Positions 49,449-61,491 are shown, counted from the first letter of the stretch. The stretch is DNA of 64,000 bases from Takakia lepidozioides (GCA_030704615.1 CM060731.1:11408001-11472000), one strand, 5' to 3'. Made by a program: numbers and translations. The notes: generated from the letters alone by a model not told the origin.

Positions 49449-50804
49449 ATGTACTCAGCGTCCAGCACATGCTATAATTCTCTTTGCCGCATGCTGCTCT
49501 CTGTCTATATCTGTCTTCTTATGGTGGTGGCGACCTCTGCATGGACTCCACTTTCCCGGGCTGGATTACCTACTGCTTCACCCTCACCCTCCTCCCATGT
49601 GTCTTCCATTTCTCCAACATTTCCAATCAATGTTCCTAAGTCAGATGTAAAGGGGGTTCGACTTGGAGGTCAACAGGTGGCGAGGTCAATGCAAGAAGTT
49701 GATGGAGAAGGCAACATACCACCACATACTGTTCAAACAGTTCTGGTGGTGTCGACAGACAGACGTTCAGATCATTTTGCCACTGTACAAGCAGCGGTGG
49801 ATGCTGTGCCAATGTGGAATTATGTTAGATGGATCATCTATATCAAGGCTGGCACTTACTATGGAAAAGTTCTTGTTCCAGAAGGAAAGAACTACATAAC
49901 ATTCTTGGGAGAGGGAGCAGAGACCACAGTTTTGACATTCAACATAAAAGCTTGTGATAGACAGCCAGATGGTTCAGAATATGGGATCCTGGATTCCCCC
50001 AGTGTGATTGTTGAGGCCTCCCACTTTGTTGCCAAGGGAATCACATTTGAAAACAGCTCCCCAAAGCCAGATGACTTGGACTTCAACTCTCAGGCACCGG
50101 CGATTCGGATATCTGGTGACAGTTGTGCATTTTACAACTGTAATTTCCTTAGCTGGCAAGATACCCTGTTTGCAGACCAGGGGCGGCATTACTACAAGGA
50201 TTGCCGCATTGAGGGCAATGTCGACTTCATTCTTGGATATGCACGCGCCGTGTTTGAGAATTGTACCATCCATTCAAGAGATGAAGGCTTCATCACTGCA
50301 CAGAGCAGATGGTGTGGTGAAGATTGTCCAGGGACTGCCAATTCTGCGTTTGTCATATTGAGTTCAAATCTGACAGGATCTGGACTTACATACTTGGGTC
50401 GACCTTGGAGGGAATATGCAAAGGTGTTGTTTATCAACACTACAATGGGGGATCACATTGTGCCTGAGGGATGGATTGACTGGTTGACTGAATCAGGCCC
50501 CCTATTTCCTCATGATGATGTGTATTTTGCAGAGACTGGCAGCAATGGGCCAGGGGCAAATGCTTCTGCTCGCGTTTCTTGGTCTCACCAACTCACAAAA
50601 GAAGAAGCTAAGCCTTACTCTAATGTGATTCTGTTTTTGGAGGGCGACACATGGCTGGAGACTCCCCCTTCCTTGGATGCTCTGATGGAGACAGATCTCT
50701 TGCGGGAAGAAGGTTGGGGGAGTCCCATATCTCAAGACGGTTACAGGAATAAAAAATTTCCCCCACGCCGCTGGAAGAGCCTGGGTACCAGGCCCATTCA
50801 TTGA
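49449..50804 (+). CDS. Pectin methylesterase (CE8), no PMEI pro-domain, intronless CDS
   Basis: 451-aa ORF with hydrophobic N-terminus, FATVQAAVD, QAPAIRI, WQDTL, GNVDFILG, YLGRPW; 5'-UTR intron acceptor at ~49425. Confidence 0.93.
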   Translation: MYSASSTCYNSLCRMLLSVYICLLMVVATSAWTPLSRAGLPTASPSPSSHVSSISPTFPINVPKSDVKGVRLGGQQVARSMQEVDGEGNIPPHTVQTVLVVSTDRRSDHFATVQAAVDAVPMWNYVRWIIYIKAGTYYGKVLVPEGKNYITFLGEGAETTVLTFNIKACDRQPDGSEYGILDSPSVIVEASHFVAKGITFENSSPKPDDLDFNSQAPAIRISGDSCAFYNCNFLSWQDTLFADQGRHYYKDCRIEGNVDFILGYARAVFENCTIHSRDEGFITAQSRWCGEDCPGTANSAFVILSSNLTGSGLTYLGRPWREYAKVLFINTTMGDHIVPEGWIDWLTESGPLFPHDDVYFAETGSNGPGANASARVSWSHQLTKEEAKPYSNVILFLEGDTWLETPPSLDALMETDLLREEGWGSPISQDGYRNKKFPPRRWKSLGTRPIH

Positions 50805-52039
50805 TTTTTTTTCAGCTCTCTGGTCTAGCCTCCCTCAAACCACAGTGGCTTTCAATGCTTTCTTTATATTGTTTAAATCATTTCCTGAGGTATAACCCCC
50901 CGAGCTTTACATTTGCCAACGGCGGTCCTTAGATTGAGAATGTACAATAGAACAGAGCATCTTGTAAGATTATGGCACGAGCTCGATACAAGGTTGTGTT
51001 GGTGGTCAGCCTGGCCAGGCTGGGGCCCAGAAGCGGTTTTTGGGTCCACTGTCATGGTCATCTTGAAGGTGTGTATATAAGTGTATTCCTGGTGGGGCCA
51101 CAGGGTGCTTTCAGCCGTCCTCTCACAGTGCCTGCAACCATGGTTGGTTTACATACTATCAAGTGTACAATGTTACGGTGCCTCTGGACATTCGGCCACA
51201 ACACAAGCTCAGACACCAGAAGAATAATGGGACCCTATTAATGGAAGGACTCTGGGTCTGAAGATCCAGACCCAGAGTGACTGAAGATCTTAGGAGCACT
51301 ACTGTGGATGGACCGAGGTCAGGAGCTTTCTGATGGTACGGTTGTTTCATGAACCCTTGCACAGCTTACGTGGAGAAATCATTTCCAGTATAAGTTGTAG
51401 GCATAGATACAATATGAATATTTTTGGAGGCCACTTCAGGTGTAGTGTAGGATATTTGATATATTGATTGGAAATCACATTGATTGTGCTTTTCCACATT
51501 TGTAGTGTATGGAAGTGAAATTTGAAAAGTATTGACACAAGGCAAGTACTGACCCTTTGAAGGGCAGGCTTTCAGCAGATGTCGTGTTCATGATCCTTTT
51601 ATGTCTGATGCTGATCTGTGTGCCTAAGAGTCCATTCACTTTTTCTAGGTTACATCCTCTGCGGATAGCAACGCGATTCACCATCATTGGACATGGACTT
51701 TGGCTGTGATTTTGTGCCTTTTGATCAAATACATGCAGCCTCACTTCACAATCTCAGATGCTAATCTCAGGATGTATGGACCAAGTGGTAATCCAATATG
51801 CATGTATAGCTGAAGCGTGTAGAAATCATGCAACATAATCTCTGATGACAGAAGGTATGTCAAGCTTACTTCAAAAAGTGATGACATTTAGCAGTATTTG
51901 GGCATCTGGCTTGATTTTCCAGAATTGAACTCTTCCTTCTACCTTTACAATGACTCTATGTTTGGGATCATTACCCCTAGACTAAATGGGCTGAATGGTC
52001 TTTTGATCATGCACAAAGAGTCCCACTTTTGAAAACTCG

Positions 52040-52600
52040 GAGAGAGAGGTGTCTGGAGATGTTCCAAGGCATGTATGCCTTGGAAATTTAGAGGTAGCTA
52101 CATGCCTAAAAACCTCCAAAACAGAGATTCCCTCATATGAGAAGGCCAAAAGCCGGAGGATAGAGTCAATTTCTTCCCATTGTCTCTTAAAACTACTCTT
52201 CTATCATGTGCTAGTCTAGGTTGCCTGTGGCTTGCCTCAAGGATGGCTGTCCAACGTCTTTTTTAGTTCTGATCATTCAGGAGTCAACCCTCTAGTCACA
52301 CTTTAAAACTATCAGGCAGAGAGAGGTGGCTGGAGATGTTCCAAGGCATGTCTGAAGGCATCTCCTTTGAAAGTGAGAGGTAGCCACATACCGAAAAACC
52401 TTTAAAACAGAGATTCCCTTGTATGAGATGGCCAAAAGCTGGAGGACAAATCATTTTCTTCCCATTGTCTCTTGAAACTACACTCTTCTATCTTGTGCTA
52501 GTCTAGCCTCATGGTCGCCTGCAGCTTGCCTCAAGTCACAAGCAAGATGGCTGTTCAAAGTATTTCTTAGTTCTGATCATTCAGGAGTCAACCCTCTAGT
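52040..52600. repeat. Tandem duplication of a ~270-290 bp unit
   Basis: GAGAGAGGTG..CTGGAGATGTTCCAAGGCATGT at ~52042 and ~52319; both units end TTCTGATCATTCAGGAGTCAACCCTCTAGT. Confidence 0.85.
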
Positions 52601-52757
52601 GATTGTATTTATCTGTTGACCTAATCTGACCTAATCTGAGTGGCGCAGTGAGCATGTAGTTTAAGTTCATGTCTGCAATGTCTACATATACCAACAAAAG
52701 AAACTCTCGTCATAAGTTGTCCAATGACTGTTAACTTGACATGAGATCCAGGGGTGT

Positions 52758-55700
52758 TTACTTGCACAAGAGCGTTTCTCGTGTGGCATTTCCAGTAACA
52801 GGGTTTACACTGCAAGCACAGCAGAATTAAATGGTCGTCAGACAGACAAAGCATTACTCAGGTGAGATCTTATTGATGCAGATCTTCCCAAATCATGTTT
52901 CTGTACGGACTTGACTACTCCAATAGGTGTTGCATGAAATGAGGGTGATCCAAAGCATGAGATATGCTATACAATGGAGAAGCAAGATGTGGAGCGTACC
53001 CATCGGCTATTTTGCAAAGATCCTTGCGTTGATCATCCCTCCAATACACATCTGTAAAGTCTGTGAATGCAAATTCCACATTCAGTCAATTCCATCCTCT
53101 TTCGAGAATGGAGAAAGAGATCAAAAGCAAAATTGAATCTGCAGAAATTTTAGACCCGGACCCAAGTTGATTTAAAACAAACTAAGATGCAAAGTACCAA
53201 AGATAAGTAATGTGGTTTAGTTTGCTACCTGCACCAGTGATTAGTGCACCCTTAAATGAGGTGTTACCCGTGACCAGTGCTCCCTCCAAAACGGCGTTTG
53301 TTAGATTGGCCTGTGTCCATGCTCAAAGCTGCATTAGAAAATTTGAATGCAGGAAACAGTGATCCTGAGGTTCAACCCACAATGTATTGTGCAATTGCAT
53401 AAAACCAAAAGAACCGGGAGAGGAGATTGTTCATAGCAATGTACATTGAAGATACCCTGTTTCCTGTCCGTACCCCACTCAAGTTGAATGCCCTTTGATG
53501 CCTCAAAGAGTGCAAACACTCACCTTTTGTGCATTTGCCAAGGAAAAATCTGCTCCTCGAAGATCAGCATCAGATAGGTCAGCCCCTGTCAGGCAAGGAA
53601 CCAAAATCTACACCGCATTATCAGTTGGCCATTACCTCAGACATGCTTGAATTAAATTTAACTAAACAGGCGGGTGAGAACCCAACTGCAGCCATATCGG
53701 GTGCACGACAGAGGCCAAACTTCCAGATCTTGACTTGAGCAGCACAGGCCTGTTAACAAGCATGTTAGCCATTTCGAATGACGTCCTGACATAGGAAGTT
53801 GAGTTTCAAGCTGTGCCCATCAGATTGAGAGAACTCCATTGAAAGAAGTTCCAAGTTTTACTGATGTTTGAATTGTTTATGGATCCCTCTTTGCTACATT
53901 AGGTCCGGCAATATCTATGAGACGAACTTAACATCAACTCTTATGGAGTCTGTGACAGACACCAAAGCACAAATTGGAGAGGATTACCTGTGAGGTCTGA
54001 GTCAAAGAAGCTAGCGCCTAACAGCTTTGCCCCCTTGAAATTCGCTTGCCGGAGTATTGACTGAACAGGGTCCACCAACAAACACTCAGATGTGGCAAGA
54101 ATGCTAAAGCTCCAACCCCTCCAATCTCATCTATTTGTCATGTACTACCGTAGAATAATTATGCTACCTTTTAACCAGATGGTAATCCTGATGGCTTAAC
54201 TGGGAAGGTAGAGAAATTGCCCATCCGTTTTAAGCTTCGAGGGTCCACAAATGCCGTAGTCTGGTGTACATTGACTCTGGGGAATATACCCCCTCAGAGT
54301 CATTTAGAGCTACAGTTGCAATTGGGAAGAACGTAAAAAACCGCCTAGAAATTCCCTTTGTTAAAATTGTTACCTTCTCAAACAGGAAGTTCCATCCTGA
54401 CAGGAGGAGGTACCTTACGCCAGCCGTAAGATTTGTAAGTTGACGATTTTGAGGGGGCCATGAAGGAATGGACACGTTGGTTTTTTATGCCGGTGAAGGG
54501 CAGGTGATGAGGCCCTTCCATTTTTTACGAATGCGTGAACGAGGGGCCTCATCAGCTGCCCTTCCCCTATGCATAACAGATGATGTAACATACCGTTTTG
54601 AAGTCTTGCTTGAGTAGTGTCAGGCCACTGAAGTCTTTTCCACTCAAATCTTGACCTCGAGTTACCTCCATTCCATATGGACCACCGCCCTACATAGTAG
54701 CCCGCACAGAAAGCAGCGAATCCTTTTCAGTCCTCAAATGCAAGCCTCTCGGGGAATGTGCTCCAAAAGGGCAGAAAGCAGGTAATAATGTGCCGCAGGT
54801 TGTTATGATCTCTACTGACTGACCTTCTTCAAATTAGAACAAAGAAAAGTGAAAGCGGGACAAGGAAGAACGTTCTATCAACACCTGAATTGACTTGAGG
54901 GGACATAGACATGGTACACATAGAAAGCTGTTTATACAAAATACAGACATAGAAGGTGAAAGTATTAATAGCATCCAGTTACCCGCACACCTTGTGCACT
55001 ACATTGAAAGACATCAGGTCAACATGCGGAGAATAAAGATAACAGTGCTTCTTTAGGCTGTTTTATACCTCACATACTAAAACGAACAAATGGCTTATGT
55101 GAGGATCGGAAGGAGGAAGACAGCAGTAGTTGAAGATGGTACACACCTTGTAGGCAAGTGCGGGGTCTGTGTAGCAGAGCGCAGCAGCAGTGAGTGCAAT
55201 CAGACCTGCTCGTCCAAATTTTTGCAAGCCCGCAAACTCCCATCCTCTCTGCTCATATGTTACCTGCAGCAGCGCTCTTCAACTTAAGCTTCATATGGGA
55301 ACAGCCCACCCAAATCAGCCAATGGTTACTATGAACATCACAAAACAAATTGTCTTTGACTGGCTCCGTTGGTTGACATCATAACCTCTTGTATCTACCG
55401 ATTCAAACTGTTAAAGAAGCAATCCCACAATTGTGTTTGCAATCAGGTCCAGCAAAGCTCAATCTTGCTACTGCGACCTCGTTGCTTGCATATTCCTTAC
55501 TGTAATCATAACCATCCGGGAGGGAAATATCTCAAGGAGTCAATGGCAGCAAAGCTTCAGCATCCATGTTAAGGCAAGATTTGAGAATACTAACGGGAGC
55601 TTTATTTGCAAGGGAAAACTTTCATTTTTGAGTAATGAAGGTTCGGCCAGATACCTTTCCAATCCTGAATCTCCTACATATGCTAACATATTACAGAAAG

Positions 55701-56145
55701 TACAAGCCAAATTGAGAAAAGTGTAAGCACCAATCATCGACCGACAATTTGTGTTGCTATACGTACAGACTGCCGATCGTGGTCATGGAAAAACATCTAC
55801 GCATTGTTGTCTCTATTGATCTCTAAGCTCAAGATGGTCAGTGAAACAAGTTCCCAGTTCCACGCTGTTCCCTCTGTCGCACAATTGATGGAATACCCAT
55901 CCTTGTGAAGACAATGGCAGCAACAGTAAAAAGCTGACCTGCTTGATATACTCGTGGACGACCTCCCCAGGTTTCCCTGACTCTCGGGGCTCTGAAGAGG
56001 GCACAGCGAGGCGAGATGGCATGGAAGGAGATGGTGAACTTGCCGAAGATGATTGCCCATTGGACGGTGTTGAAGTGCTTTCACTTGATGCAGCGGCTGG
56101 CGCAACCGCCTGGCTTGAAGAGAGGCAGAGAGGCAGAGATGCCAT
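52758..56145 (-). CDS. TL15A: Thylakoid lumenal 15 kDa pentapeptide-repeat protein (TL15, At2g44920-like)
   Basis: Spliced translation: Ser-rich transit peptide (56145-55939), LIALTAAALCYTDPALAYK (55205-55147), GGGPYGMEVTRGQDLSGKDFSGLTLLKQDFKT (54689-54594), SILRQANFKGAKLLGASFFDSDLT, ADLSDADLRGADFSLANAQK, ANLTNAVLEGALVTGNTSFKGALITGA, DFTDVYWRDDQRKDLCKIADG, VNPVTGNATRETLLCK*. Confidence 0.92.
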
Positions 56146-57044
56146 AGTCTTCTGTTAGAGGCCAAAAAAGAGAAGAGAGGAGAGAGTGCTGCAGGTCCGA
56201 GAAAGAGATAGGAGCACAATCTATACCTCCTCTTGGCAGGGATCAAATATACTCTACCATAACTTACATCGACACAACTTTGGAACGACAACAAGAAATC
56301 CCCCCAGAACCATCTCAACAAGTCGTTACAGTCGTCCCTGACAATACCCAGTTTATGCCCTTCAAACCAGTTACCCTCTACAAAACCCACAAGCCTCGGG
56401 AACCCAGAGCAAAAAATCTATGAAGAGATATTGAACAAGCTGGAAATCGAGCGATAACAAAAATTCGAGACAGTCAAGAGGCAGAAAGACAGTGAGAGAG
56501 TGGATCAAGCTTGCCCCTGACCAAGACAGATAAAACCCAGCAACAGATAATGAAGATAAAACGTCAGGAGACTGTAACGGAGACTCCAACACAGACTGCA
56601 GGGATATCGATGGCGGGGAAAAAGAGACTCTAGAAACTCTGAACTTCAGCAATGTGGCAAAACATGAGTGGCTGAAAAACTGAGAAAACAAATATGTGGA
56701 TTATCCAGGTGTACAAAGAGATAAGATGATGCAGCTCCTCCTTGCTGGATTTGTGAGCTCAGCAGTTATCTGATACCCACTGGGATAGAATCCCTTAGCG
56801 GATTCCAATAGCTACAGAATTTCCGATACAGGGAATGGGATTTCCGGTACAGGGAATTTTTCTGCCAAGAATGAAATCGCTGCATTCTTCAACATTTCAG
56901 GGAGATGCTTAGAAGTGAAGAGAAACTCAGAAGATGTATGGAGGGAGGCCATATCTTGTTGAGCCATCTTGTCAAACACCCGACGCGCCTCCTTCAGTAT
57001 TCAAACATAGCGCGCAAATTCGTTCAGCATTAATCTGGTTGCAG

Positions 57045-57498
57045 GGATTGAGCATCGATGTGCATGCAGGTCAAGCAATGAGCAAAGAACGATTTTGGCA
57101 GGCGTTCTTCTCAGATCCCTCACAGTGGTGGAACGACAGTTTTGATAAGGTGAGGCTTTGTTCATTTAGGGCAAAGGCTTGTGCCTGAAGATGATGACAT
57201 TGTAGCTCCATTTGCTAAATCTGAGAAGAGTTCTGCTCTTTAAGTGCGAAAAACAGCCAAATCAGTCCCTCAGTAGGTTGTGCAAAAGTATGTTGTTTTC
57301 CTGTAATTTGCAAGGCGCCGTGGGTTTCCACAGAAAAGCCCAAGATCACCAGGCTTCAGACATAAGCGCACGAATGAGGTGCTTTGGATTCAGGATTTGT
57401 CGGACCCCCCTTGGATAAAAGCAAAGCTAGGTGGCACTGTACAAGGTCGAGTGCACCCTGGTGATGCTTCTAATGTGGGTTACACCATGGACATCCAG
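57045..57498 (+). CDS. Two exons encoding an OSB-type PDF motif, probably upstream exons of the PPR gene
   Basis: ERFWQAFFSDPSQWWNDSFDK | phase-0 intron 57150-57333 | KSPRSPGFRHKRTNEVLWIQDLSDPPWIKAKL matches the W..FF..P..WWDNR..K....PDFKHK...ALW...P.W pattern. Confidence 0.65.
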
Positions 57499-57664
57499 GT
57501 CAAGAATACAGTGCATATTGTTTTGATGATGATTGAAGCAAGTGGAGTCAGACAGATTGATCTTGTAGAGGAGTGCCCTGTCAATGTGCACAAACAAATC
57601 TCTCTTGGAAGAATCCAGGAGCTTTGAGAGGCATTATTAGAGAATGTTTGTGACTAACAGTTAA

Positions 57665-60600
57665 ATGTTGTGCAGGATGGCAGGGTTGAATAAGCCACAG
57701 TCGCCTGAATCAAGCACCTCCATCACGACCACTGCTTTGAAAAGTGTGCAAAGAGAGAGATCCACAAAGAGGTCCTCTGGCACTTGTGAGGACGTGAGAA
57801 CACTATGTAAGTCAGGACAACTGAAAAAAGCGCTGCAAATTTTGAACCAACAAAGGATTTCGGCTGACTCCAACACATACATCTGTCTCTTGCAGCAGTG
57901 CATCAAAAGTAATGACCTTGAAAAGGGAAAGCAGGTGCAGACCCACATTATCCAAAGTGGATTAAAGCCCAGCATCTTTCTACTCAACACCCTCATTAAC
58001 ATGCATGGCAAGTGTGGGAGTGTGGTGGATGCACGCCAAGTGTTTGACAAATTGCCTGAACGAGATGTGTTTACGTGGACTATAATGATGGCAGGATATG
58101 CAAAGCATGGGTGTGGTAAGGAGGCTCTTGAGATCTATGAGCAAATGATAGGGGAAGGGGTGACACCCAACAAGATCACGTTCATTTGCGTTCTCAAGGC
58201 ATGTGCTAGCCTGGGATCCCTTGAAAAGGGCAAAGAAGTTCATGCTGCCATCACGAAAGCTCGAATTGAGCCAGATACAATTCTGGAGACTGCCCTTTCT
58301 GACATGTATGCCAAATGCGGGAGCTTAAAAGAGGCGCGTCAAGTATTTGACAAGATGGCTCAACGAGATATGGTCTCATGGAATGCAATGATTGCAGGGT
58401 ATGCTCAGCATGGGTGCGGTAAAGAGGCCTTCGAGATGTATGAGCAAATGATACGGGAAGGGGTGACACCTGACAAGGTGACATTCATTGGCATTCTCAA
58501 TGCCTGTGCCAGCCCGGTAGCCCTGGAAAAGGGCAAAGAGATCCATGCTGAGATTATCAAATCCGGAATTGGACCAGATATCATTCTGGAGACTGCCCTT
58601 GCTGACATGTATGCCAAATGTGGAAGCATAGAGGATGCGCGACAAGTATTTGACAATATGGCTAAACGAAATGTGGTCTCATGGAATGCAATGATCACCA
58701 GGTATTATCAGCGTGGGTGTGGCACGGAGGCTTTTGAGATCTATGAGCAAATGACAAGGGAAGGGGTGATGCGCAACAAGGTCACATTTGTTTGTGTTCT
58801 CAATGCTTGTGCCAGCCTAGCAGCCTTGGAGAAGGGCAAAAAGGTCCATGCGGATATCAGCAAAAGTGGAGTTGTGCCAGATATCATTATTGAGAATACC
58901 CTTATTCACATGTACGCCAAATGCGGGAGTGTAAAGGATGCATGCCAAGTATTTAAAAACATGGCGTACCGAACTGTAGTCTCATGGAGTGCAATGATTG
59001 CAGGATATGCTCAGAATGGGTTCGGTAGGGAGGCCTTCGAAATTTATGAGGAAATGATACAGGAAGGGGTTGTACCTGACAAGGTTACATTCATTTGTGT
59101 TCTCAATGCATGTGCAAGCCTGGCAGTTCTTGAAAAGGGCAAAGAGGTCCATGCTGACATCCTCAACGCCGAAATTGCATCTGACATCTTTCTGGAGACG
59201 GCCCTCACTGACATGTACCTCAAATGTGGGAGTGTAAAGGATGCGCGTCAAGTCTTTGATAGTATGGGTAAGCGAAATGTGGTCTCATGGAACGTGATTA
59301 TTGCAGGATATTCTCAGCGTGGTTGCGATAAGGATGCTTTTGAGATGTACGAGCAAATGATAGGGGAAGGGTTTGCGCCCAACAATGTCACATTCATTTG
59401 TGTACTCAATGCGTGTGCCAGCCTAGGTGCCCTAGGAAAGGGCAAAGAGGTCCATACGGACATAAGCAAAAGCGAAGTTGTGCCGGATGTCATTCTGGAG
59501 AATACACTTGTTAACATGTATGCCAAATGCGGGAGCCTAAAGGATGCACGGCAAGTTTTCAACAGTATGGCTTGTCGAAATGTGGTCTCATGGAATGTGA
59601 TGATCGCAGGATATTCTCAGCATGGGGGTGGGAGGGAGGCTTTTGAGATCTATGAGCAAATGAGAGGGGAAAGGGTGGCACCTGACAAGGTCACTTTCAT
59701 TTGCATCCTCAATGCTTGTGCCAGCCTGGCAGCCCTAGAAAAAGGCAAAGTGGTCCACTCTGACATCATCAAAGCTGGAATTGCACCAGATACCATTCTG
59801 GAGACTGCCCTTGGTGACATGTATGCCAAATGCGGGAGCGTAATGGATGCACGTCAAGTGTTTGACAATATGGCTGAACGAAATGTGGTCTCATGGAATG
59901 CGATGATTGCAGGTTATTCTCAGCATGGCTGTGCTAAGGAGGCCCTGCAACTATTTGGACAAATGCAACAGGAAGGCTTGAAGCCAGATGCTATCACCTT
60001 CATATGTCTTCTATCTGCATGTAGCCATGCGGGCCTGGTGGATGAAGGTCGTCACCACTTTAATTCCATGAGCCGAGACTATGACCTAACTCCCAGTGTG
60101 GAGCACTTTGGCTGCATGGTGGATCTTCTTGGCCGTGCAGGGTGCTTGGATGAGGCAGAGGATCTTATTATCAACATGCCAATCGAACCAGATGCCTCAG
60201 TGTGGGGGGCCTTGCTCAGTGCCTGCAGAATTCATGGCAATGTGGAGGTTGCAGAACTTGCTGCAAAATGCCTTCTCAAACGGGATCCACAGGATGCTGC
60301 AACTTATGTGCTGCTGTCAAACATCTATGCTGCGTCCGGCAGGTGGGAGGATACGTTAAAGGTGAGAAAGATGATGGATGATAGAGGTGTCAGAAAGGAG
60401 TCAGGGCGCAGCTGCATCGAGGTGAATAACCATGTGAATACCTTCATTGTAGGCGACAAATTGCATCCACGAATTGAGGAAATCCATGCTGAGCTGGAAA
60501 GATTGTCTGGGCAGATGAAGGAGGCAGGCTATGTGCCTGACACGCGCTTTGTATTGCATGAGTTGGATGAACAGGACAAGGCATTTTCTCTTCGCCACCA

Positions 60601-60808
60601 TAGTGAGAAGCTGGCTATTGCTTTTGGCCTCATCAGCACGCCTCCTGGGACACCTATCCACATCATCAAGAACCTTCGGGTGTGTGGTGATTGCCACATA
60701 GCCACCAAGTTCATCTCAAAGATTGTGGGGCGAGCAATCATTGTACGAGATGCCAACCGCTTTCACCACTTCCAGAATGGGCTATGTTCTTGCGGAGATT
60801 ACTGGTAA
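57665..60808 (+). CDS. PLS-class PPR protein with E1/E2/DYW deaminase (organellar C-to-U RNA editing factor)
   Basis: 1047-aa ORF with ~7 regular 101-aa P-L-S triplets, E domains, GYVPDT, HSEKLA, CGDCH and terminal GDYW. Confidence 0.96.
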   Translation: MLCRMAGLNKPQSPESSTSITTTALKSVQRERSTKRSSGTCEDVRTLCKSGQLKKALQILNQQRISADSNTYICLLQQCIKSNDLEKGKQVQTHIIQSGLKPSIFLLNTLINMHGKCGSVVDARQVFDKLPERDVFTWTIMMAGYAKHGCGKEALEIYEQMIGEGVTPNKITFICVLKACASLGSLEKGKEVHAAITKARIEPDTILETALSDMYAKCGSLKEARQVFDKMAQRDMVSWNAMIAGYAQHGCGKEAFEMYEQMIREGVTPDKVTFIGILNACASPVALEKGKEIHAEIIKSGIGPDIILETALADMYAKCGSIEDARQVFDNMAKRNVVSWNAMITRYYQRGCGTEAFEIYEQMTREGVMRNKVTFVCVLNACASLAALEKGKKVHADISKSGVVPDIIIENTLIHMYAKCGSVKDACQVFKNMAYRTVVSWSAMIAGYAQNGFGREAFEIYEEMIQEGVVPDKVTFICVLNACASLAVLEKGKEVHADILNAEIASDIFLETALTDMYLKCGSVKDARQVFDSMGKRNVVSWNVIIAGYSQRGCDKDAFEMYEQMIGEGFAPNNVTFICVLNACASLGALGKGKEVHTDISKSEVVPDVILENTLVNMYAKCGSLKDARQVFNSMACRNVVSWNVMIAGYSQHGGGREAFEIYEQMRGERVAPDKVTFICILNACASLAALEKGKVVHSDIIKAGIAPDTILETALGDMYAKCGSVMDARQVFDNMAERNVVSWNAMIAGYSQHGCAKEALQLFGQMQQEGLKPDAITFICLLSACSHAGLVDEGRHHFNSMSRDYDLTPSVEHFGCMVDLLGRAGCLDEAEDLIINMPIEPDASVWGALLSACRIHGNVEVAELAAKCLLKRDPQDAATYVLLSNIYAASGRWEDTLKVRKMMDDRGVRKESGRSCIEVNNHVNTFIVGDKLHPRIEEIHAELERLSGQMKEAGYVPDTRFVLHELDEQDKAFSLRHHSEKLAIAFGLISTPPGTPIHIIKNLRVCGDCHIATKFISKIVGRAIIVRDANRFHHFQNGLCSCGDYW

Positions 60809-61470
60809 AACTCGAGAGAGATTCTAGTGTAATGCAATCTGCCACCTTCTCAACTTCTCTCATATTTATTCACACATTGTCCTCAATTTGTAACGTGTTG
60901 CTTGTCTCCATGTCTGGGACGATTCATGCACCAATCGATCATCAGGCATTGATTGATAACAAGACTTATGGAGCTCATGATCATTCATGCACCCGCAACA
61001 TGTGCAGATACGTTCTGACTGAAACCACAGAACTTTCAGGTACAAATGTTGTGTGGGAAGACTGCATTTGCTGGCTCATGTGGGAAGCAACACACAAACA
61101 CCAAAAGTAGAAAGACCACAAAGCTGCTATTTGCATTTTCTTGATCTGATAAGAAGTGTTGGCAGCCCTCCCCAGCTTCGCAAAAGATTTGTGAGGACGC
61201 ATGGAAATTTGTGAGTAGTTCTACAGTCTTAATTTTGCCAGGGTAAAGGGTTACAATCACTGTTTAAAACAATGTCACGCCACCATTCAGCCTCTCAAGT
61301 TCGTGTCTCTGTGCCTCCTCCGGAAATTTGGGGTCTGATATCTCTCTTCGATCGTTGTGTCTTCATTCAGTCAAATCCAGGATCGAACATTGGAGATGTG
61401 GGGACGAAATCAAGATACGGGCCGTCTCAGATTGAGAAACATTGAATGGAAGGAATTCACAGTCCTCATA

Positions 61471-61491
61471 CCCTAAACCCTAATCCCTAAA
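61471..61491. repeat. Short plant telomere-like / telo-box repeat
   Basis: CCCTAAACCCTAATCCCTAAA. Confidence 0.55.

Noticed and set aside
57661-60756. Antisense ORFs within the PPR gene (and similar ones in PME and kinesin)
   Set aside because: Shadow frames of real coding sequence.
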